DNA of 63,988 nucleotides, filler included, from Saprolegnia diclina VS20 (lineage: Eukaryota), in NCBI RefSeq assembly GCF_000281045.1. It is 7 parts of 2 records of this genome, joined end to end, with 100 filler letters (N's around TTAATTAATTAA, not from the genome) between each part and the next. Parts side by side here need not be neighbours in the genome. Positions count along the whole stretch, not along the records: positions 1 to 25,357 come from NW_008246068.1; 6 more parts are not named here. One strand, 5' to 3'. Under the pieces are notes generated by a model, which was not told the origin of the DNA, did no database searches, and worked only from the letters and a program-made list of their open reading frames with translations. The position numbers and the translations under genes are program-made. Each line of letters opens with the position of its first letter. Within the stretch, counting starts at the first letter, position 1. This document shows positions 1-9,927 of this stretch, piece by piece.

Positions 1-475
1 AGGACTGCCCAAGCACCAATGCTCTTTTGAGTCGCTCGCAAGTCGAGGGTTGCGCGGAAGGGGACCGGCAGAGTATATATACCTGAGCGAGGGCGCGCAG
101 AAAGGCCGATCGCATACACTGTACGACGTGTAGAGTGCAGAGATCTGTAGGAGGTCGGTGCCAACGCCGGTTCGAGCTGCTCGCTTCGTTGCAACGTTAT
201 ATGGTCAGCGCGACTTGGTGCGTTGGTCGACTTGGCTGCTTTCAGACGATGCGCTCACCAGCTGGGTGTCCATGGCGCCAGCGTCAGCACGCGCCACGAT
301 TACAAGACGAGGTCCGCGATAAAAATGCATGGTGTCACATTGCACTTTTGCAAAGTGCAACCTCAAACCGCATGGACTTTGCGGATTTTCATCGCTGGGC
401 TCAGCAAGTGTTGCAAACACGCAGCACCCGCCAGGATGCAGGAGACCAGTTCCGTTTGTACCACGTCGTAGCGCC

Positions 476-1417
476 ATGACCTGCGTACGCGGCCTGCTCC
501 TACTGCTGCTATTGCTCTCGGCCGTCCTCGCGCAGGAGACGACGGGCGAAGTCCCATCGCCAGCGTCCAGTGATACCCCGACACCGACACCGACACCGAG
601 CACGGACGCGCCGGCAACGACAGCGCCGCCGCCGACTGTTGCGCCAGAGACACCTTCGCCCACACCACCGCCGCCTTCGCCGCAGCCCACAAAGACCGAT
701 GCACCAGCCCCGACAGTCAGCCCGACGTGGGCACCGGCGCCGCCGACGCAAGCGCCCGTGACCAACCCGACGCCCAATCCCGGAAACAATGTCGCTACGC
801 CGCCGCCTGCTGTGACCGTGCCGCCCACGGTAGTCATCGTGCCATCGACCGAGTCGAGCTCGACCCCCGCCGTGGCCACGACGATGCCGTCACCACCAAA
901 AGAGAACAATGCCAGTCGCCCGGCCAACAGCACAACGTCCACCGAGACTGCGTCGGGATCAAACATGGACGTTATCGTCGGCGTGCTTGGTGGTATCATT
1001 GGCACCGGCGTGCTCGCCCTCGGTGTTGTCTGCGTCCTTCGCCGGCGGCAGCGCAAGAACGTGCCGGCGCGGGACTCGACGTTTTGGCCCATCTCGCCGC
1101 CGCCGGCGATGCTCGAGGCGAGCCCGCGCAAGCCGTCGACGTTCTTCCAGAAACACCAGTCGGCGCTCGCGTCGCTCGACGGATCTCGGTCGACGACCAT
1201 CTCGGACGACATTCTCGACTCGTTTGCGCCCAACCGCCGGTCGTCGGCGCTCTTCTTGCGCGAAGATTCCGGTCGGGCCAAGTCGGTGCAGATCGACGTC
1301 GCCGACTCGATAAGACCTTCCAACATCCTCGTCGGGAGTGTTCACATTGACGACGACGACGACTTTGACGGCGACGTCGACGCCATCCGCGGACACCACC
1401 AGTCGTACACGCTCTAG
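476..1417 (+). CDS. Single-pass type I membrane protein with signal peptide and Pro/Thr-rich (mucin-like) ectodomain
   Basis: ATG at 476, in frame with ORF 329..1417. Signal peptide MTCVRGLLLLLLLLSAVLA, P/T/S-rich stretch, TM helix VIVGVLGGIIGTGVLALGVVCVL followed by RRRQRK. Confidence 0.75.
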   Translation: MTCVRGLLLLLLLLSAVLAQETTGEVPSPASSDTPTPTPTPSTDAPATTAPPPTVAPETPSPTPPPPSPQPTKTDAPAPTVSPTWAPAPPTQAPVTNPTPNPGNNVATPPPAVTVPPTVVIVPSTESSSTPAVATTMPSPPKENNASRPANSTTSTETASGSNMDVIVGVLGGIIGTGVLALGVVCVLRRRQRKNVPARDSTFWPISPPPAMLEASPRKPSTFFQKHQSALASLDGSRSTTISDDILDSFAPNRRSSALFLREDSGRAKSVQIDVADSIRPSNILVGSVHIDDDDDFDGDVDAIRGHHQSYTL

Positions 1418-1594
1418 TCTATTTAACCCGAACCGCGTCTTTTTCAATGTTGAGTTTTCCGAAAATTGACACTGCCAACCATGCGAATCTCTGTCGAGGC
1501 AAGGACGCACCAGTCGCCGCAATAGGAGATAGTACGGCGTCGTAATAATAATAAGTCAATGGGGACTGTCCCCTAGTTCTACGTCGTCGTTGAT

Positions 1595-3346
1595 TTAGGC
1601 GTCGAGCTCCTCGAAGCGGTCGCAGTCCCGTGCGAAGCGGTCCTCGCTCATGCGCTCCCGCTCCATGCGCGACATGCGGCGCGGCATGTAGTTTTCGGCG
1701 TCGGTTGAGCCATGCCAGCTCGCGCGCATGGCCGAAATGATGTTTTCTTGGATCGCGATCGACTTGCGCATCTCTTCAAACACATCGGGCGCTTCTTTTG
1801 TTGGCGTCTCGGCCTCGAGCGCCGACATTTGGCTTGGCGTCAGTAGCACGAGCGGCGGCTGTTCCTCCTTGGAGAGGCGGTAGTCGCGTTCGTCCTTGGC
1901 CGCCGCGGTGCTCGACCGCCGCACCGAGGTATGGTGGACGTTCATCCCAAAGTACGTTTCGCTCGGTCGATTGGACTTGGAGAAGCTCGAATGCGTCGAC
2001 GGCGCCGTCTCATTGAACTGCCACGACGGCACATCAACAGGCGTTGTCGCGGCCGTGCTTGCAATTTGATTCGGATCGTCTGCCAAGATTTGTTAGGTGT
2101 AGGGTTGCGAAGCGGGATAGGGTTCGTACCGGTCGACGGCGCGCGCGACCGCACGCACGTAAGGCAAAAGTCATCCACGTACGTTGTCATGGTCGTCTTG
2201 TGCATCGTAGCGCTCGTGGTCGGCGCGTCTTGGACGGCATACGTAATACGAAGATAGCACTTGGTGCACATGGTCTAGCCAAGCTCATTGTGAATTTGCA
2301 CTTTTGGACGGATGACGTACGAGGCCACAGAGCCGACACGAGAGCTTGGTGCTAAAGAGTGAGAACTTCTTGACGCAGACGACGCATGTCTTTTTCGTGC
2401 TAGACATACAGCGGGTTGGACGATGGCATAAGACACAAAGAAGCGTACTGCTCGACGATGCGCTTGTAGGACGCCCGCGTGATCGGGTGCGACTGCGCGA
2501 GCGACGCCGACGGCCGCAGCTGTGTGGCCGAGAGGAGGCTGCGGATGTGCGCAAGCGACGCCACTTTTCGGTGGATGCGCCAAAAGCAGAGCGACGACTG
2601 GTCGCCGAGGTACTTGGGCACCGTGCCCTTCATGTCGTGGTACGATTTCACAACCACGTGGATCTTGCCATTCTGCGCCGGACGAAAGAGCATCGTGTCC
2701 ATGATCGTCGCGCGGTAGACGTCGGTGTCGGCGCTCGGGAGGTAGTTGTCGATCGAGTAGACTACCTTGCAGAGCGTGTCAATGCCATGGTTGTCCGGCA
2801 GCACCGTGAGATACTAGAGTCATTCAAAATAGTCGGAAAGCTATTTTGGCAGGACCCACGTACCTCGAGGTACAGCGTGTCGCGTGCGTGCACGCCGAGC
2901 TTGGTGCCGGGAAGCGTAAACTTGAGGTACTTGACGCCAAAGAACTCGACGTCAGTGTCCGAGGGGAGACAGTCGTCGCCGCTGTGGCTGCCGCCAGAGT
3001 AGTTTTGCACCACGTGCGACGTGACATAGTCCTTCTCGAGCAAGTACGACTGCATGATCTGGTCGTCGAGCGTCGTGGGGGCGTTGAGCGCCATGCGCAG
3101 CTCGTCGAACGTCGTCGCGAGGTACCCGACACTCAAGAACGTGTAGAGCGACGGGTTGGCCTTCCCAGCACCAAGGCGTGCGCGAAACACTTGCATGTTG
3201 CGCTTGTTGACCGTGAGCTTCCACCCCGACCGATCGTCGCGGGCCTCGTCGACCCAGAGATCCGAGTTTTGCACCGCGTCGCGCCCAATGTCTTCGACGA
3301 GCTGGCGGTGCTGCGCGCGCTGCGAGAGCGCGTCGTACGCAGGCAT
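1595..3346 (-). CDS. START-like domain + FYVE-type zinc finger protein (multi-exon)
   Basis: ORF pieces 2762..3346, 2400..2804, 2285..2554, 1942..2271 and 1595..2086 join via short introns. WKLTVNKRNMQVFR start of a START-like region; CVVCVKKFSLFSTKLSCRLCG...CTKC...FCLTC zinc finger. Confidence 0.7.
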
Positions 3347-4263
3347 GGTCGCTCAACTAATAATGGCAAAGTCGACTGTGGCGCTTGGTACCGTGACACG
3401 CATTACACCCTCGCAGGAGCGCCGAATCTGGTGCTTGGCGTCGCAGCTGGCGTGACGTTTTTTGAAGAAAGACGCGAGTTTGCACTTGGGCGAGAAGCGG
3501 TAGAATGCGTTTTTTGGGTTAAAACAATAGGGTAAAGCCGTTGACAAGAGGACCGATGCCAGCAGGCTGGGACAATCCTATCGTTACTGCAACAAGCCGC
3601 CGGCGGTACATGCAGATGCTACCTGTACAGGCCGCGCGCGATGGCAGCCGTACGCTGCAAGAAGATCGCCAGCATGCTGGATCTGTGGTCCAAGTACATT
3701 TTTAGTACGTTTGCAGTATATGTCGATGCGCGGTATGCACCTACAGTACTCGACGGTGCAATGGCGTGCGACTCGCGTGCATTACTCTTGACTGACTGTT
3801 GCGCCACTGTGAGCAATGCCTTCGCCTCGATTACTTCAGTGCAATGAGCGTCCACGGCAGTCACGACTTTGCACTTGAGTGGTGGTCGGACGGTCGCACC
3901 CGACTTCAACCCGATGCTGTCATGCGCTCATGCGCCGCGTCGCCGCCCGATCCTCCTCGGTCCAGAACGAAATCGAACGAAATTCATTGGCCTGAGACGA
4001 CGACGATGACGACGACTTGGTGCTCCGTGCTCGGGCTGCTGCTAATGCGGCTTCAAGCCAAGGGCTTCGCTTGTCGCGCTGATAGTATCGGACCTATAAA
4101 CACCGATCGCGATCCTACATGGTCGTCGGCAAACGATATGAGCCAACAACAAGCAAAGGAGACATAGAGGAAGACGTCAAACGTGCGTCAAAGTGACGCT
4201 TTAATATACAACTTGGGTTAATTTAGCTACGGACGGGCAGATCGACGACGACGACGAGCGCAC

Positions 4264-5037
4264 TTAGTTGGTGGGCGAGCTGCGGTTCGTGTGCGTAATG
4301 CAAAAGCCGCCGCGGCGCGCCGCGTGGTTGCAGCTCTCGACTGCGCAGCGCTTGCCGCCACCGTGCGTGTAGCAGATGCCTTTGCCTTGGGCGATCTTGG
4401 TGCAGCCGTCGACTGAGCACTTGCGGCCGCCGCCATGCGCGACGCAGAGCCCGCTCTTGTGGGCACACTTTTGGCAGCCGTCAATCTTGCAGAGGTGGCG
4501 GCCGCCGTGCTCCTTGCAAACGCCCTTGCGCTTCGCGATACGCGTGCAGCCCTCTTCGCGGCAGCGGGTGCCACCGCCATGGAACTTGCAGTAGCCGCCG
4601 CTCTGCGCGATCGTGTGGCAGTTGGGTTCTTGGCAACGCTTGCCACCGCCGTGACCAATGCAGTAGCCGCCGGCGAGCGCGTACTTTTCACACGCCTCGT
4701 GCTTGCAGCGGCGGTTGACATGCTTGGCCTTCTCCGAGGCGGTCGGCGACTGCGCGCGCGCTAGCGTTCGCGGCGTCATGATCTCACGGACGTGCTGGAG
4801 GCAGAGCTGTGAGATTTTGGCAAAGCGCGTGCAGCCGAGGCGCGCACAGCGCTCGCCCGCAAACGACTTGCACGTGGGCTCGAGCGGGTTCAAAAACGGG
4901 TTGAGCTTCGGACTAAAGACCGGACTCGATGTGTCGAGGAAGCGCTGAAAGCTCGGGAGCATGCGCGGGCTCAGAAGCTTGGTCGGCGTCAAGGACGGGC
5001 GCAGAAGCGACCGGGGCGCGTGCGTTGGCGTCTCCAT
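4264..5037 (-). CDS. Protein with tandem C-x4-C-x9-C-x2-HGGG zinc-finger repeats (WRKY19-like repeat family)
   Basis: About 6 repeats such as CQEPNCHTIAQSGGYCKFHGGG in ORF 4264..5202; likely ATG at 5037 (METPTH). Confidence 0.8.
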   Translation of the reverse strand: METPTHAPRSLLRPSLTPTKLLSPRMLPSFQRFLDTSSPVFSPKLNPFLNPLEPTCKSFAGERCARLGCTRFAKISQLCLQHVREIMTPRTLARAQSPTASEKAKHVNRRCKHEACEKYALAGGYCIGHGGGKRCQEPNCHTIAQSGGYCKFHGGGTRCREEGCTRIAKRKGVCKEHGGRHLCKIDGCQKCAHKSGLCVAHGGGRKCSVDGCTKIAQGKGICYTHGGGKRCAVESCNHAARRGGFCITHTNRSSPTN

Positions 5038-5716
5038 TGCGGTGTGAGCGGACGATGGCAAAATGAGGAATGTGTTATATATCGTTGCAGGTTGTTCGGC
5101 GCACCGTATCTTCCCCGCCGCTGCCCGTGCTTCTGCCTTGTGAACGGCGACGCGATGGCTGCCAGATGGCTTTTCGACACATGCGGCACACAGCGTCGAC
5201 ATTGGCCGAGTTGGCGCGCGGGATGAGTCTGGACAGCTGCTTTGAGGCCGACCTCTCGCGGTCTCGATCTACTGTTCCGTCTTTCTACCCGGCGCGAGTA
5301 GTAGCCGCGACCAGCTCGTGCGTAGGGCACACGTACGCCGACGTCGACCAAGTGCTAAAGGACCGAGCGCTGTCGTCGTATCGCAGGCAAGTCCGCCCCC
5401 TGTCCTCGGCTCTTCTCACATTGCACGACCCTTGTTACTGTCAAATCGGCTGGATGCGTGCCACACGCGAACGTTCTATGGAACGGTGTGCGACCGACTC
5501 GGTACGTACATGGTTCGACCACTAAACAAACGAAGTTATTATAGTGCTATCTATATACACGTCCCGAGTGTATCGGATGCAGAGTCGAGCCTGAGTACAT
5601 CCACGTGGTTTTCACGCCCATGCAAGATTTTGTGTGGAAAAGCACTGTTTTGAAACCATTATACTGGATGCGTTCGGACGCTCTGGATGCAACGCAAGTC
5701 CCACGCCGCAAATAAT

Positions 5717-7282
5717 TCAGTCTGCGAACGACGACATATCGCAGTGGAGACGGCGGCTTTCATAGTGCCCGCGACACACGGGGCACAGGTGCACTTCGTA
5801 GATGTTGAACGATTCGAACGCGACCAAGCACTCGGCGTGCAAGACGTGCGAGCAACTCAAGAGCGTCACGGCCTTGGCACTAAAAGCAAAGAAATCCTGT
5901 AAAAGTTGTCGTCCACTGTTTCCAAGACACTGGAACGATCCAGTCCTACCTCATGGCGTTGAGGCAAATGGGACACTCGGCCTCGTTGCGCGCCGTGGCC
6001 TACGCGTTCGATCGAAGATTTTTTGACATCGAAGAAGCAGAACCTTGGCAAGCGCATTTGGCCACGCATTGCCCTTGGCAGTCTCTTGGTTGTTCTCGCC
6101 ATTGAAGATGGCGCGACTCCGGCTCATGCTCTCGTCAAACTCGGCGAGGAGTGCGTCGATCGAGTCGGCGCGCGCCTTCATCGCACGCACGATGCGACTG
6201 CTGATCGCCGAGACCCTTGGCATCAGTGAGGCCACCCACATCTTTTTTCCATATATAATTGTCGACGCACTTGGAGGCATAAAAGAGCGATCGCCGGCGG
6301 GGGTCGCCATAACCCTGTTTGTAATACTACAAAACAAAAGATAGGATCCGCCGCAATCCCCAAAAGCGTACGTGGGCGAGGAGCGATGTGTAGCGTCTTC
6401 GCGCCAGCCAGCCGCGAATGCGTGCCTGTGCGTCACGAGTCGTTGGATTTTGGGTGACGCGTCAGGTCGTCGTCGTCATTACCTGAAGCCGACGCGCGCA
6501 GATGCTGCGGAAGTGCGCTTCGCCACTTTGCGTTGCCTTTTTTTCGTAATTTTGTTTGCGACAGAGCGGGCAGACGCGGTCGGTCGTGCGCAAGAAGCGC
6601 TCAAAACTCGTAAGGCACGTGTGGTGGAACATGTGCGAGCAGCTCAAGAGGACCTTGGCGTGTACGCCAAACGGCTCGCGGCAGATAGAGCATGGGTACT
6701 CGGCGTCGCCGCGGGCTTCGGCCTGCTGCTCGACGTCCTCCCACTGGTTGTTGTTGAGTCGCGGCGGAGGACCCGGCACCTATCGCCACACGAAGCGTCT
6801 CGGCATGACGCATACGACGCACGTACGAGGCCCTTCTTTTGCGCGAGCGTGAGCCGCGGCCGCCGCGCCACGGGCTTGAACGCGCGGCAGGCCGTACAGC
6901 GCGCCACGTCATCGTGGTTCTCGAGCGTGCACTCGTCACAGACCCAAACGCGCCGGTACTCGGACATCGGGTCACAGACACTACTACTAATGTCCTTGAC
7001 AACCGAGCTGGCGGCGGTTGCCGTGGCCGATGATGGCTTTGGCTGTCGAAGACGCCTCGGTGGCAGCCGCAAATCCAAGCTCCGCATGAGATGATCCTAC
7101 AGCGTATGGTCATGGGTCAATTGTTATGGTGGTGCTAGCGTCGAGATGCAGTCTTTTGTGGTACTTGGAGTGCGGCGGCATTTGTCAGCGTTGTCGTCGT
7201 CGTTGCTAGCGTAGGCCATGAGTTTTCGCGCCGACAAATGTGCCGGACCTGTCGCGCGTCGCTTCGCCTTGTCCCGCTGCAT
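5717..7282 (-). CDS. RNF32: RNF32-like double RING-H2 / IQ protein with an added RanBP2-type zinc finger (multi-exon)
   Basis: Spliced N-terminus ...NAAALQ|DHLMRSLDL; LTLAQKKGLV; RING1 CSICREPF...LLSCSHMFHHTCLTSFERF...CPLCRK; RING2 LLSCSHVLHAECLVAFESF...CPVCR; stop TGA at 5717-5719. Confidence 0.75.
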
Positions 7283-7378
7283 CGCGATCCCGAGCGGTTA
7301 TTCGCGCGACGGTTGAGCCCGTTTCTTCATTTTCCGTCTCTTCAACCCCGCCGAGCATGACAACCCACCTGGTACACC

Positions 7379-9910
7379 ATGTACACCGTATTTGGTCATG
7401 ATAACATCACAGTATGTGTACGGTGCAGCGTGTGGCCGACGTGAACGACGTTCTGGACCGGCTCCGCCTCCAGTTCCACGCCAAGGGGACCCAGCAACTC
7501 TCGGACCTTGACGCCTACTGTGCCCGCATGGACACTGCAAACGCTGGGACCCTGGGGCGCAAAGGTACTGGTACCACTCGCATCGTCGTCGCCACAATCG
7601 CTGTAGAGCTCGAGACGTGCCTCAACTACTTTGGCTTGTTTCCGACGACCCAAGAAATCGGAGTGCTGGTCCGTAGCTTTGGAAGCACGTGCGGGTCGAG
7701 TTCGAACATTCGCTGGCGCAACTTTGTGCTCGCGCTAAGCGTACGTGGGCCAGAAGGAACGCCATCCGTGTCGTGAGACGTTTCGTACTTGTAGGGGGAG
7801 TTGTCCACCGCGCGCGAAGCGGCATTGCGCCACGCCTTTGCGTCCGTGCCGAGTGGCAGCGTGGCCGACGTGGCGGCCGCCGGGCACTTTGACGACCACC
7901 CGCTCGCCGTGCGCGGCGTGCTGCGCGGCGACGACGTCCGTCACGCCTTTGTCGTCGGGCTCGCCAAAGCCCAGGTTGGCGACGATGCGGTACGACGATC
8001 CGAATAGTCTCCGACGAGATTTCCATAGCCATCTGTCTTTATATGATATTTATAAGCAAATATGTACGGTCGTCGTAGAACAATGACGTGACGTGGCAAG
8101 CGTTCCGGACGTACTACGCCTCGGTGAGCCTCGCGTTTGCTTCCGACGACGAGTTTGTGGCGATGCTGCGCGACGTGTGGCGTCCGTCGGCGCTCCACGT
8201 GGCGCTGCCCAGCGTCCTCTTTGGCAACAAGCGCAGCGTGCTGCTTGAAAAGCTCGGCCAGCGCACGCACAAGTACGTCGCGATGAAGAACCCCGTTCAT
8301 TCCGAGTCCAAACCATGATGATGATGATGATGTAGAGAAGAGAACGAGCGCGATGTCTTGCTGCGCGCATTGCGCAAGCACGACGCAAGCGAAACCGGCT
8401 ACGTGGCACCGCACGAGCTGCAGAGAGCCTGTGAAGTCCTCGGCCTTGTCGTGAGCCTCGACGAAGTGCATGGTAGCAATCTCTGTGAAGAAGACGAAGA
8501 AGTGAACCAGATGTAGACACGTTTGCGGCCGGCACGCGGGATGCGCGCGGGAAGCTCTCGATCGCGTGGTTTGCCGACTTTATCTGCGCCGACAGCATTG
8601 CATGAGCGTTCTGCACCTAAGAGAAGTGTTGCATTCCGAATCTTGTTCGAAGCAGAGAGCGAGCTATCGCCTTCGACATAATGGCCGACGTCGGTTCGCG
8701 TTCGATCGCGATTGTACCACCGACTCTGCATCATCCAGCGCACCCGTGGCGTCCGACTCTCTCGCCGCCTCCACCAAACGGCTGGTCATCGAAATGATAT
8801 GACGTGACTCGTCTTGCGTGACGTGGCACGTCGCAGTTGCCGGTAACACTTATAGGTGCATACCAAGCAACGCTGGTCTTCGCCGAGCCTCTTGGCCACA
8901 TCACGGTCTCCTTCAAGAGGTCGAGTACATGCACCGCAACGCAAGTGCCGTCGTGAGGACGCGCTAAATGGGGAGCTGCGTATTCACAGTCCCAAAGGCC
9001 CAGAAGCGGACAAGACCACATACTAACGAGCACTACAACCATCTCGGCGCACCATGTAGGCTCTGAAACGCGCCGCGTGGACTGGGTGGAGAGGCAGGCA
9101 AACTGACTACTACAGTCACGCTCGACCAAATGAAAGAATGAGGCGACAGACAATGGCACAAGCTAGCCGTAGGTGGGAAGGCCATACCGCTGCAGCGAGT
9201 TGCTCGTAGCGTATCTTGTGTGGCCCAGACGAAGGTATGCGTTTAGACGAGGTGAAAGCTCGGCTTCTCGCTCGGGTGGAGCTTGGAGTCAACTACACGA
9301 GGTAGCATTGAGTCCTTGATAAGGCAGGGTTCTACTAATACAGCAATGTTCTTATAACCCTAAACGCTCTCAGGAATATAGCTTCGGCGGTTACACTGCT
9401 TGGAGGTGCGAAGGAGGGACTAGTCCGCGTCACTGATAACCGCTTCTCGTGGGACGTCGAAGCGGCACGGTACATGTTGCATTTTGTATGGTATACATTT
9501 ATCTTGTATAGAAGCCGTTTCATTCGAGCCGCAAGGTTGCCCACATACAAGACACACGAGAATGCAATTCCGCATATACCAAAGAAAAAGGGACCCCTGG
9601 CTTCAACATGGAGGAAGATCGCGGAGCTGGCTCATTTTCCAAGCCGCGGACGAGCAGTCGGCCGCGAGATATCGAGCAAGCGAGTAGAACCTACTCGACT
9701 GCTGTAGGACGCCGGCCTGCCCTCTTCATGCCTGGCTGGGACCGCGAACTGGACGCAACGCTCTGGAAGGCTGTACGTCCATGCTGCTACGGCGGCTGCT
9801 CATGGGCCTCGTCTCTGTAGCGCCGTTGGACCGCAATCGACTGGGCGTATCTGACCCACATTAGCAGCACCGAATTCACTGTCCAGCCCGTCTTTGACAC
9901 GTTCGACTAA
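7379..9910 (+). CDS. Calcyphosin-like EF-hand protein, many short exons; 3' half unresolved and could be a second gene
   Basis: GELSTAREAALRHAF...HPLAVRG...VTWQAFRTYYASVSLAFASDDEFVAMLRDVW resembles the calcyphosin C-terminal motif. Chain of GT..AG introns continues to a terminal exon 9821..9910 (RRWTAIDW...DTFD*). Confidence 0.5.
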
Positions 9911-9927
9911 GCGCTCGACCCGCCATC

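Noticed and set aside
205..1326. Long antisense or alternate-frame ORFs (also 9907..11073, 20983..22185, 51014..52342 and others)
   Set aside because: Shadow ORFs caused by high GC3 codon bias opposite well-supported genes.
3619..3909. Short ORFs between the START-FYVE and zinc-finger genes
   Set aside because: No clear codon bias or motif.
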